DNA from: Octopus sinensis
Lineage: Eukaryota
Assembly (NCBI RefSeq): GCF_006345805.1
Contig: NC_043001.1
Coordinates: 127,720,001-127,784,000 of the forward strand
Reading direction: 5' to 3'
DNA: 64,000 nt
In this document: one piece after another, positions 48,557-60,548 of the stretch
Position numbering within the stretch: position 1 is the stretch's first letter
Layout of the letters: each line of letters starts with the position of its first letter
Translations under genes and position numbers: made by a program
Notes under the pieces: model-generated
Database searches by the model: none
What the model was told of the DNA's origin: nothing
The model's input: the letters and a program-made list of their open reading frames with translations, nothing else

Positions 48557-51500
48557 TATATCATCATCATCATCATCATCGTTTAGCGTCCGCTTTCCAT
48601 GCTAGCATGGGTTGGACGGGTCAACTTGGGTCTGTGAAGCTGGAAGGCTTCGTCAGGCCCAGTCAGATCTGGCAGTGTTTCTACGGCTGGATGCCCTTCC
48701 TAACGCCAACCACTCCGCGAGTGTAGTGGGTGTTTTTTACGTGCCACCTGCACAGCTGCCAGACAGAGCTGGCGAACAGCCACGAATGGATGGTGCTTTT
48801 ACGTGTTACCGGCACGGGGCCAGGCGATGCTGGCAACGGACACGAACGGATGGTGCTTTTACGTGCCACCGACACGGGGCCAGATAGAGCTGGCAACCGG
48901 CTACGAACGGACGGTGCTTTTACGTGTCACCGGCACGGGGGCCAGCCGAGGCTGGCAACGGACGCGAACGGATGGTGCTTTTACGTGCCACCGACACGGT
49001 TGCCAGACAGAACTGGCAAACGGCCACGAGCGGACGGTGCTTTTACGTGTCACCGGCACGGGGCCCAGCCGAGGCTGGCAACGGACACGGACGGATGGTG
49101 CTTTTACGTGCCACCGACACGGGGCCAGACAGAGCTGGCAAACGGCAGAACGGATGGTGCTTTTACGTGCCACCGACACGGGGCCAGACAGAGCTGGCAA
49201 ACGGCCACGAACGGACGGTGCTTTTATGTGTCCCCGGCACGGGGCCAGGCGAGGCTGGCACAACGAACACGAACGGATGGTGCTTTTACGTGCCACCGAC
49301 ACGGGGCCAGGCAGAGCTGGCAAACGGCCATGAGCGAATGGTGCTTTTACGTATCACCGGCATGGGTGCCAGACGAGGCTGACAGCGGACACGAACGGAT
49401 GGGTCACTTAACCCCTGCTTTCTGATATATGATTTGATTTTGATTGTTCTCACTGGTCTTGCCGGGTCTTCTCACGCACAGCATACTTCCATAGGTCTCG
49501 GTCTCTGGTCATTTCCTTGGTGAGACCTAGAGTTCGAAGGTCGTGCTTCACCACCTCGACCCAGGTTTTCCTGGGTCTACCTCTTCCACAGGTCCCCTCA
49601 ACTGCCAGGGTGTGGCACTTTTTCACACACCTATCTTCATCCATTCTCACCACATGACCATACCAGCACAATCGTCTCTCTTGCACACAACATCTGATTC
49701 CTCTTAGGTCCAACTTTTCTCTCAAGGTACTTACACTCTGTCGACTATGAACACTGACATTACACATCCAACGGAGCATACTAGCTTCATTTCTCGCGAG
49801 CTTACGCATGTCCTCAGCAGTCACAGCCCATGTTTCACTGCCATGTAGCATGGCTGTTCGTACACATGCATCATACAGTCTGCCTTTTACTCTGAGCGAG
49901 AGGCCTTTAGTCACCAACAGAGGTAAGAGCTCCCTAAACTTTGCCCAGGCTATTCTTACTCTAGCCGTTACACTTTCAGCACACCCACCCCCACTACTGA
50001 CTTGGTCACCAAGATAACGGAAGCTATCAACTACTTCTAGTTTTTCCCCCTGGAAAGTGACGGAAGTTGTTTTCTGCAGATTTTCAAGGTTAATGCTCCC
50101 GAGCATCTGCCACATACAAAAACCATCTTCCTAGTTAGCCTTCCTATGACATTGCTGCACCTCTTATGTGTCCATAGCTTACACTTGGTGCATCTTATAG
50201 AGTTTCTACCTACACCTTTTCTACAGATCGAGCAGGGCCATCTACCTGAAGGCGTTTGTGATTTGCCTACCTTCCTACTTATTAGGACTTTGGTTTTAGC
50301 TAGGTTGACTCTAAGGCCCTTCGATTCTAAACCATGCTTCCACACCTGAAACTTCTTCTCCAGTTCTGATAATGACTCAGCAATTAGAGCAAGGTCATCA
50401 GCATAGAGGAGCTCCCAGAGGCATCCTGTCTTGAATTCCTCCGTTATTGCCTGGAGGACTATGATAAATAGGAGGGAGCTGAGGACTGAGCCTTGGTGGA
50501 CCCCTACCTCTACCCGGAATTCTTCACTGTACTCATTTCCAACCCTCACCTTACTAGCAGCGTCCCTGTACATGGCTTGCACAACTCTCACTAACCATTC
50601 TTCTATTCCTAGTTTCCTCATTGACCACCATATGAGGGATCGGGGGACCCTGTCGAAGGCTTTCTCCATGTCAACAAAAGCCAGGTACAGGGCCTTATCT
50701 TTGGCTAGGTATTTCTCCTGCAGCTGCCTTACCAGGAATATAGCATCAGTGGTACTTTTCCCTGGCACGAAACCAAACTGCATCTCATCTCTCTCTCTAA
50801 TTAGTTGGCTTATGACCCTCTCTGTAACCTTCATCACCTGATCCAACAGCTTGATACCTCTGTAATTATTTGTATCTAGGGCATCACCTTTACCTTTGTA
50901 GCAGTTGACTATTATGCTGCTACATCAGTCATTGGGTATGACTCCTTCATGTATCACCTGATTAACTATACAGGTGACTAGGCTATAGCCGACACTACCA
51001 GATATTTTGAGCATCTCTGCAGTGATACCTGATGGGCCTGGGGCTTTCCCTGTCTTCATGCTTCTAATTGCCTTAGCTACTAAGGAACTATCAACCTGAT
51101 AGCTGGTCCCTTTGTTGGGTCAACGTTCGGCAGGCTCTCTTTATCCCATTCATTTTCTTTATTCAGCAACCTTTCATAGTGGCGTCTCCAAGCCTCTCTC
51201 TTTGCATCCTCGTTTAGCGCAAGTGAACCATCTTCCATGCGAACGCACTTCTCTCCCACCACATCACAATTCTCTCTCACACACTGTCTTGCAACGCGAA
51301 ACACCTCCAGTCTTGGTCCTCACGGCGCAGAACATTGGCAAATTTTTTCTTATCTGCTTCCCCTCTGGCTAGATAGACCTGTCTCCTAGCTTCCCTTTTA
51401 GCAGTCTGATACAATTCCCTGCTACCACCATTCTTCCAGTGCTTCCAAGTCTGTCTCTTTTCTCTAATAGCCCTGTCTACGACACTGTTCCACCACCACG

Positions 51501-52120
51501 TTACCTTGGGACGAGAGGGGACTTTGCACCAGCCACAGATCTGGTCAGTGGCTCTCAGCAGGTTGTCCCTTAGAAACGTTCAGTTGTCCTCTACCCCATG
51601 TGATACACTATCCCCTTCTACTTTGTCAAAGGCTTCAAGTAACATGTCTCTAAATCTCTGTCCATTCACAGGATCCTTAAGCTTCCAGATCCTTCTTCTC
51701 CATGTTGGTCGTCTTCTGGTTGTCCTCCTACTCCTGATCCTAAAGTCACTAACTACCAGTCTATGTTGTGGGGTGCATTCTTCGCCTGGGAAGGTTTTGG
51801 CATTTATAAGTAGCCATCTCTCCCTTTGCCTGGCAAGGATGTAGTCAATTTGGCTGGTATGTTGGCCCGATCGGTAGGTGACTAGGTGGCTGGTAGGTTT
51901 CCTGAAGTTAGTGTTGCAAATCATAAGATTATTTGCATCGCAGAACTCCAGCAGCCTGGTTCCCTCCTCGTTGCGGGAACCAGAGCCATAGCCTCCATGT
52001 ACGCCATGGAAGCCCCCAGCATGTCGTCCAACGTGACCATTGAAGTCACCAGCCACAAAGAGAAGGTCTCTGTCGTTCGTCAACGAGGTAGTCTGCAGTA
52101 GAGTGTCATAGAATCGGTCT
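48557..52120 (-). mobile_element. RTE LINE, 3.56 kb, 5'-truncated within the APE domain, disabled
   Basis: APE motif AGDFNGHVG and THQIDYIL-type region, RT motifs QFGF and YADDL, C-terminal ORF 49450-50115, 3'-UTR VNTR, (GAT)n tail. Flanked by a 132-bp direct repeat (48425-48556 and 52121-52252). Stop at 51580 plus frameshifts. Confidence 0.95.
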
Positions 52121-52642
52121 TATTTCTTGATATACCGCAAATATATATTACTTGATATACTACAGATATACTACAAGTACTGTATTTCTTGCTTCAGTCT
52201 CTTATACAAATGCTATAAGGGCTATTTCATATGAACAAGCTGTAATCATCTAACCTAAGCTCATATTTTTGCTCCATGTTTTTGAGTCAGGAGAGAAGAG
52301 AAACATCCTTGAGCCTTTACAGAATGTCCATGACTTGTGAGAGGAAGGTATCTTCATACTGGCAACCTGGCCCAAATGCTTGCAACTAAGTGGGCTCTGC
52401 TTAAGTCACCCAAAGTGTTTGGTGGTGGAGTTAAACTGGGCAATGGTTTAAGCCTAACAAATATCCTATGGTGGGATTTGAAGACAGAATGCAAAGATCC
52501 AGAATAAGTACCACAAGGTATTTGGTCTGGTCTGACATTCTTACATTTTTATTAATCTATTCCCTTGGATTGATGCCTCTTTTATCAATCCCAAAAGAAT
52601 GAATGGCAAAGTTGACCTTAGCAGGATTTGAAGTGAGAATGT

Positions 52643-53047
52643 TGTTGGCATCCTTTTTGTCTCGGGAGACAATGAAGTTGCGCATAAAATAGTCTAGTCC
52701 GGTTTTTACATTTCGTGTCCTGATACATTTCCTACTGTGGCTGTGTAGTCCTATCCTGGACAAACACTCCCTCTGGCAGGTACTGCAAATGTAGCGAAGA
52801 CTGTTCCTGGCTGGTTGTAATGCCATAGTTTCTTGTTGACGTCTTTTCTTGTCTTTCCATTTCTCCTCTCTCTCTCTCTACTCTACGGAGAGCTTGCTAG
52901 GGGTACTAGGTCTGTGGGTAGACCGTTCTTACGTTACAAGGATGTTTGCAAAAGGGACATTAAGGCCTGCAACATCAATATTAGCGGTTGGGAAGTAGTT
53001 GCCGGCAACCGTGGAGATTGGCGACGTACCGTAAGAGAGGGAATACA
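52643..53047 (-). mobile_element. RTE-BovB-like LINE 3' end with a 5' inversion
   Basis: - strand carries the C-terminus (YICSTCQRECLSRIGLHSHSRKC); + strand carries the immediately upstream segment (LYGELARGTRSVGRPFLRYKD...REGIQS). 12-bp TSD aagtgagaatgt. Confidence 0.85.
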
Positions 53048-53265
53048 AAGTGAGAATGTAATGTTGGAACAAATACTGCAGGGCAATTCTATTCAATTCT
53101 CTAATGACTCCCAATTTACCTCCACACTGCACACATGCCTCTTCTTTCACTTGTTATCCCTACTGTATTTCACACAAACTCTGCCATAGACATTTTTACC
53201 CAGTCTTCTCAACTGAGAATCACTTCTCACTGGAACATTCTCCTAACTCATATTTTCTCCACAGA

Positions 53266-53665
53266 TGGTGCAGGAGTGGCTGTGTGGTAAGTAGCTTGCT
53301 AACCAACAACATGGTTCCGGGTTCAGTCCCACTGCGTGGCATCTTGGGCAAGTGTCTTCTACTATAGCCTTGGGCTGACCAATGCCTTGTGAGTGGATTT
53401 GGTAGACAGAAACTGAAAGAAGCCTGTCGTATATATGTATATATATGTGTGTGTTTGTGTATCTGTGTTTGTCCCCCCAGCAACGCTTGACAACTGATGC
53501 TGGTATGTTTACGTCCCCATAACTTAGCGGTTCGGTAAAAGAGACTGATAGAATAAGTACTAGGCTTACAAAGAATAAGTCCTGGGGTCGAGTTGCTCGA
53601 CTAAAGGCAGTGCTCCAGCATGGCCGCAGTCAAATGACTAAAACAAGTAAAAGAATAGTAAAAGG
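53266..53665 (+). mobile_element. SINE family 1
   Basis: Head to tail present. Confidence 0.85.
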
Positions 53666-54693
53666 AAGATATTCAGGCTGAATTTCAGCTGCATTAATTT
53701 CACCAGTCCAGAAAATAAGCTGTTGCAAAAGTCATTAATGGTTTTTCTTCTCATAGTAAAGAAAACAAGAAACAAAATCCCTTGAAACAAATACTATACA
53801 CTTAAAACTACATCAGCTACATAGATGCTAGTGTGCAGTCCACTTCCATAGAAGCAGAAACAAGCAAGGCAATATTGCTTTCTCTATTAACCAACATTCT
53901 AGCAACCAAATAACCAAATGTCCTACCTTCAGAAAAGAAGTATGTTAGATACGAGGTAGAAATCCTAGGTACACTTTCATACTTTCTCTGGACAAAAAAA
54001 GAAAAAGATAGGTGTCATGGCTGGAATGCCTTTAATTAATGATTTGTTGGAACAGGACTGATTTGGGCTGAACAACAACAAAAACATTATGTCCAATGGT
54101 ATCATATTCTTTGTCCCTGTTTCACAAGTAATACTTTCCTTTAGATCTATAACAATCATATTGGTTGCTCAAGTGGTACTTATTTTATCGACCCCCAATG
54201 GCATTTGAACTCAGAGTGTAAAAAAGGATGAAATGTTGCTGGGTATTTTGCCCGGTGTGCTAACAATTCTGCCAGCTCACCACCTTAATTCATAACTATC
54301 ATATCACCTAGTTGTGGGTACTGACACAACCTCAGGCCTGTAAAATGGGGTTTTTAGGTGGAAATGCAGTGTGCATAGTACCATTCCTACCCTTCACTCC
54401 TGAGTGTGCTGCATACCCATCGAAAATGGCAAATTCATTATAAATATTAACCTTACTCATTAATTTAATCACAGATCTTAATGGGAAACTTTTGTTACAC
54501 TTCTGCTTGGAATATGGCAGCATTGGGCATTGCAGCACACCCAATACAAAAACCACCATACACCACTACTGTCATGGCCTAGCAGGCTGAGATGGTTTAA
54601 GATTTACATTGGAATATCCTTTTCTCAGGCAGGATGCTGTACAGAGCAAAAGCGCTCTTCCAATGCTTATCCCAGCTAGTTTGAACCATAGAT

Positions 54694-55167
54694 GGATCTT
54701 TTCCTTTTGAACGGCACACAATTTCTAGTTAACTAAACACTTTAAAACTTCGTATACTGGTAGAATGTGTCAAAATAAAACATTTTTTTCTCTTGGCTTT
54801 CTTGAGAAAATTGTAATTTGTTTGTTTAACGTAGTTTAATTTTTCAAATTTTAACCAATCGATTACCTCCATTGAGCTAAAATCATTTGCTAAATTTAGG
54901 GTTAGGGTTAGGTTGAAGGTTAGTGACAGGATGTTGTCTCAGTTTTAGATGCAGCAAATGATTTTAGCTCAATGGAGGTAATCGATTGGTTAAAATTGCC
55001 GAAATGCTCGAAATTTCAGACGAAATATCTTACAAACTATAGAATTTTCTCAATAAAACCAAGAGAAAATGATGTTTTATAAACACATTCTACCAGTATA
55101 CAAAGTTTAAAACTTTTTAGTTACCTAGAAATTATGTTACAAAGTGCCGTTCAAAAGGAAAAGATCC
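54694..55167. mobile_element. Merlin-like foldback MITE (474 bp)
   Basis: Termini GGATCTTTTCC.../...GGAAAAGATCC, arms complementary over about 200 bp, 8-bp TSD ccatagat, central TTAGGG-like repeats. Confidence 0.75.
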
Positions 55168-55379
55168 CCATAGATGGTGCTCCATGACTGCTATCCACTT
55201 GAATCAATAAACCGGAGATTACAAATTTTTTCTATGACCTACTCTCCCAGGAAATATTGGATTAATTTTTACTCCCCCTCCAATATTTGAAAATGAAAAG
55301 GCCAATTTTCTAACAAAGCCTTTTTTTTTTGCCTAGATTTAACATACAATACTACTTACTTGTACTTGTGGCAACATCC

Positions 55380-55756
55380 ACCCTGGGTGGGTTGATTCGG
55401 CTTCTTCTACCACCCTCGAGGCAGACCGAACCATGGCAGTGGAAGAAGTTTCATGGGAATATGAATTTCACAAGCGGTTGCCAAAAATCCTGCATGTAGA
55501 GACATCCTGTTTGCCGCAGATTGTCCGCAGACGCAGGGACAGAATGACCGAGGAGCCACCGGTTGCCGAAACAGACACTCCGAGGATTTTCACCAGAGCT
55601 CCGTCTGCCGGGTTGTGGCCCTAATACCACTCGGTGTCAGACCAATCCGCCTTGGGTGGCCCTACCAGGAACCAAAGTTCCCGACGGCATAGCTCTGACA
55701 CTACCCGTTGCCAGCGTCCCCACCATGGTGAGGAGGGGATGCACTTTCGGGACATA
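55380..55756 (-). mobile_element. GC-rich RTE 5'-UTR-like fragment
   Basis: agctatgccgtc...gtagggccacccaaggcgga resembles the RTE/BovB 5'-UTR motif as I recall it. Confidence 0.55.
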
Positions 55757-55935
55757 CAATACTGTGAAATAATACAGTTGTTGGTGTGCTTGATAGAAAA
55801 TATAATGCAAAAACATTTCTGATTATTGAATAGTCCATCCCATAAAAGACTAGGGAAATTGGGATCTTGGAAATGAATAAGGGTTGGCAATAGGGTCATC
55901 AACATAAGAATACTGTGACAAGCTATATCTCAAGT

Positions 55936-56312
55936 TACTCTTTTACTTGCTTCAGTCATTTGACTGCGGCCATGCTGGAGCACCGCCTTTAATCAAGCAA
56001 CTCGACCCCGGAACTTATTCTTTTGTAAGCCCAGTACTTATTCTATCGGTCTCTTTTGCCGAACTGCTAAGTGACGGGGACATAAACGCACCAGCATCGG
56101 TTATCAAGCAATGCTAGGGGAACAAACACAGACACACACACGCATATACATATACAACGGGCTTCTTTCAGTTTCCATCTACCAAATCCACTCACGAGGC
56201 TTTGGTCGGCCTGAGGCTATAGTAGAAGACACTTGCCCAAGGTGCCATGCAGTGGGACTGAACCCGGAACCATGTGGTTGGTAAACAAGCTACTTACCAC
56301 ACAGCCACTCCT
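55936..56312 (-). mobile_element. SINE family 1
   Basis: Reverse complement of the consensus. Confidence 0.85.
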
Positions 56313-56960
56313 GTTAGTTAAGAATTTTATTTTCAAAAGTGATTTTAATAAACTATTTACTTTCCTTTGTTGTCACAACCCTGAAAGGCTATCTTGCACC
56401 CTCGGTGCATTAAGCCAATAAGTGAACCTCTATGTAGTCACTAAACCTGCTAGAAATAGCAGTTAAATTTCATCCCAATTGAATCTTACCACCTTATAAA
56501 AAATCCATTAGATACTGTACCCCAAAGTACAATATGCCCAATAAGACAGATTAGTCACAGCTAGAAAGTTTTTAATCTTAAGTCAACTAAATCAGAGCTG
56601 AGCTAGAAACCACACGCATCACCAACACCACTGTCTGGTTAAAAACAATCATAAAACCATTTATTCATTCACATAATATCCTTTTTTTTTGTATTCTATC
56701 ACAGATTCAATCAATAAATATTATTGAGGCTTTACAGCTAAATACCATTCCTGTCTTTAACTCTTACCTGTTGTTTTAAGTAAAGAATTTTTTTTATTCT
56801 ACACATCTTTGCTGTGTATGTCATCAGATAATGGTTTTTTTTTCTAGCTCAACTCTTTGTTTGTTTGTTTGTTTGTTTGTTTGTTTGTTTGTTTGTTTGT
56901 ATGTATGTATGTATGTATGTATGTATGTATGTATGTATGTATGTATGTATGTATGTATGT

Positions 56961-57345
56961 CAGGTCACTTTCGAGTGCTACTGGTAACATGTAACCCAGT
57001 ACAACCTGTTGCATGGTCGGGTCGTTGGCTTGCTTGGTGAGTAGGGTGTTTATTGGACACCCTGTGGGATGAAAAACAAAACCCGTCAAGGGGCGGAGGA
57101 ACTCTTGAGAGTCAACGGCCATCCAATGAATGCCTTAAGGCTGTATCATGCGCGGGGACACAGAAATAATCGGACTGAATACCCAATTGCGCGGTTAAAC
57201 CATTGGGAGTGAAGGACTCCTAGCCTTTGTAAGGGAATCCTTCTAGGAGAAGGTAACTCAGATAACTGGGATAAATCCGACATAAAACCTGCGGCTCAGT
57301 GGTTACCGATGATGTTGACTTGTTCTTCTTTTCGGATTATGGTTG
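56961..57345 (+). mobile_element. RTE 5'-UTR-like fragment starting right after (GTAT)n
   Basis: Contains ctaggagaagg-aactc...aaacc, a motif typical of RTE 5' UTRs. No ORF follows. Confidence 0.5.
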
Positions 57346-57489
57346 CTGTTGCTTAGTGAGTGGGATTGACTCAGTGCTCAGCCTTTCCTCACTTTTCAAA
57401 AAAAAATCTTGCACAGGCATTGCACGATAACAACATTGATTAAGCTTCGTGTAATGGCCATACTCGATAACGATGGGGCAGCCACCATG

Positions 57490-57705
57490 CATGCATGTAT
57501 GTATGTATGTATGTATGTATGTATGTATGTATGTATGTAGTATGTATGTATGTATGTAGTATGTATGTATGTATGTATGTATGTATGTATGTGTATGTAT
57601 GTATGTATGTATGTATGTATGTATGCATGTATGTATGTATGTATGTATGTATGTATGTATGTATGTATGTATGTATGTATGTATGTATGTATGCATGTGT
57701 ATGCA
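57490..57705. repeat. Long (GTAT)n microsatellite
   Basis: Direct reading. Confidence 0.95.
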
Positions 57706-57889
57706 CACATATATGCACAATAGACTTCCATATGGTTTTTGCCTACCAACCTTACACTCTAGGCACTGGTTAACCTGAGGATGCAGTAGAAGACATTTGC
57801 ACAAGGTGCCATGCAAAGAAATAGAAATCAAGACCATGCAATAACAAAAGGAACTCCATATACACACAGTCATGTCTATGCCTATAATA

Positions 57890-58200
57890 ATAATGATAAT
57901 GAAATTATTGTATACAGTGCTCAGGTGCATCGCAACTTGTCAAAAGTGCATATAAAGCATATGTAGTAATGTACAAATGTCTGGAAAGTGAACAATGTAT
58001 GAGTCAGATACATGCTTGTGTGTGTATGGAGGGGAGGAAATCAGGTGTAGTGTTGGCGAATCTCAGGAAGCATGGAAGTTTTGAAGGATGCAGTGCTCCG
58101 ACAACTAACAACTGATGCCGGCAGTCTGTTCCATGCTTCAGCAACTCTTAACGTGAAAAAATGTTTCCGAAAGTCATGGGAGCTGTGCTGTTTTCTGACT
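57890..58200 (-). mobile_element. CR1-clade LINE 3' fragment
   Basis: Homologous to 2300-2612. Confidence 0.85.
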
Positions 58201-59178
58201 TTATTATATCTTATTCAAAATGATAAACTCAATTTAACAATTACTACTTTCATTCAAATAATTTCAAACACTAGACAGTAGATTCATATTAATTCTCATA
58301 TCAAGAGAAATGTTTAGCAACAGCTAGCAACTAAACTAGTCATTGTTGTCTCAGCTAAAGTAATTATAACAATTATGTCATGCTTTGACATACACAGCAA
58401 ATTAATTATGCCTTTCACCAAGTGTAATATAATCATATGTAATCTGTTGTGTATATGTAAACATAGTCTTCTGTTGGGTGAGTATCAAGGTTAAGGAGAT
58501 CATATGGTTGATCAAAAGCAAGACCTGAATTTCCTGATTTCATGTTGCATTACATATGTAGACTCCCTGAAAGCATTTTCAAACATATAGGACGAGGTGG
58601 TAGTTTAACAACCATTGAAAGAAATTATATTTATTACCACACAACATGTGATGTGATGTTGATTAGACATGGATCAGCTAAGATCTTGAAAACATGATCG
58701 AGTATTTTTTTATAGGCATAACAAATCAGAAATTACTTAATCTAATGCATCCCACTTTCTGTTTCTAAACAATAATCAGTGGTAATTGAGATATTTCGCT
58801 GCCATTTCTAGGTTGCAGAGTGACAACATAAAGGCTCCCTCCTTTGATTCATATGATATAATGTTTTACATTTTGGACACATACTTAGTCTTGCTGTGAA
58901 TATCTTTTTGAAGATGGATTTATAACCAGTGTTAATGAGAACAACTAAATCATGAATTAGAACTCCTATTCATTAACTTACTGTAAGTACTCAAAAATGT
59001 CAGGGAGCAGGCTAATTACCATAATTAATAAAATTAACATGGTTTCCATTTCTTAAGCTTATCAAATAACATACATGCAAAAGTCTATTGCTTTCTCATT
59101 TATAAAGAAGGGAGGGTGGCAAAGAATTTCACAGAAACTTTCTTTTTTGATCTGGAGGAGGATGGACATCTGCCTTAA

Positions 59179-59399
59179 CCCTTTAGCATTTAAACCGGCC
59201 ACATCTGGCCAAAAGTATTCTGCCTGTTTTATGTTCAAACTGGCCAGATCTGGTCTCTCACACCAACCCTACAATATCATTTTAAAAATTAACAGCTACC
59301 TCATCAAAATCTCATAGCTACAAGATAATGCCTGATTAGTTCAAAACAATGTGGACGAAGAAGCATTAATTATGGCAGAATAATGCGAACACTAAAGGG
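59179..59399 (+). mobile_element. piggyBac-like MITE (221 bp)
   Basis: TTAA flanks, CCCTTTAG TIR, near-identical to 32443-32663. Confidence 0.9.
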
Positions 59400-60099
59400 T
59401 TAAACTTACAGGCTCAGGAAATTAGAATTCATTCTGGTTTTCAAGTTGTTAAGGCTGACAGAACATAATTCTCCACTTAATCAGACATCACTCTGTAAAA
59501 GGGTTTGATCCTGGGTGCCACTAGTACTGATTTTCAGCAGAGTGAACTTGAACAACATGAAATACAGTGCATTCCTTCAGGTCACAATGTGTTGCTCAGT
59601 TTGAGAATTGAACCCAAAACCTAATGATTGGGAGTCCAACACCATAAGCAATACACCACACACCTTTACTATTTTTTAGGTGGGGGACTGGTATTTGCCA
59701 GTTTGAGAACCATTGCATTAATTTGTATTCTAATTTAAAACTATCTTCACAATAATGATTAAATATTACCATAAATTGTGAACCAATTACCATAAATTGT
59801 GAACCTAATTATCACAATGCCCCTACTCCCTCTCTCAGCTGAGGTCTTGGTCTTGCAAGTACCAGAGTCATGTAAAATGCACTTATGCTGGTGCCATGGA
59901 AGATGTACTCATGCTGGTGCCATGTAAAATGCTCTCATGCTGGTGCCACTTACAATGCACCCAGCACACTCTGTAAAGTGTTTGTGTTAGGAAGGGCATC
60001 CAGCTGCAGAAACCATGACAATTGGAGTCTGAACAGCTCTCTGGCTGGTCAGTTCCTGTCAAATTGTCCAACCCATGCCAGCATGAAAAACAGACATTA

Positions 60100-60548
60100 A
60101 ATGATAATGTGCCAGTGACACATAAAAAGCACTGTCCGAACGTGGCCGATACCAGTGCCACCCCGACTGGCTTCTGTGCCGGTGGCACATAAAAAGCACC
60201 GTCCGAACGTGGCCGATGCCAGCACCGCCCCGACTGGCTTCTGTGCTGGTGGCACATAAAAAGCACCATCCGAATGTTGCCAGCGCTGCCATGGCTAGCT
60301 TCCATGCCGCTGGCACATTAAAAGCTCCAACCGATCATGGCCGATGCCGGACCCCCCTGGCACCTGTTCAGGTGGCACATAAAAAGCACCCACTACACTC
60401 GCGGAGTGGTTGGCGTTAGGAAGGGCATCCAGCCGTAGAAACTCTGCCAGATCAGACTGGAGCCTGGAGCAGCCCCTGGCTTCCCAGACCCCGGTCGAAC
60501 CATCCAACCTGTGCTAGCGCAGAAAACGGACATTAAACGATGATGATA
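60100..60548 (+). mobile_element. RTE 3' end with VNTR, + orientation, adjacent to an older tail
   Basis: Repeated gtggcacataaaaagcac units and a cggacattaaacgatgatgat end. Confidence 0.8.

Noticed and set aside
48735-49395. CRISPR-like array
   Set aside because: Eukaryotic context; the units are tandem variants without unique spacers, and there are no cas genes.
48730-49425. 231-aa and overlapping repetitive ORFs (also 41373-41852)
   Set aside because: Translation of the RTE 3'-UTR VNTR; open in several frames with no coding signature.
41201-52120. Local segmental duplication
   Set aside because: Homology is confined to the RTE; the flanks differ and the second copy has its own TSD.
54332-54559. 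75-aa ORF as a possible exon
   Set aside because: No consistent splice sites or recognisable family; possibly an old LINE relic.
57337-57930. HTYI/MYVC repeat proteins (also 37071, 38403, 44007, 46016)
   Set aside because: Microsatellite translations.
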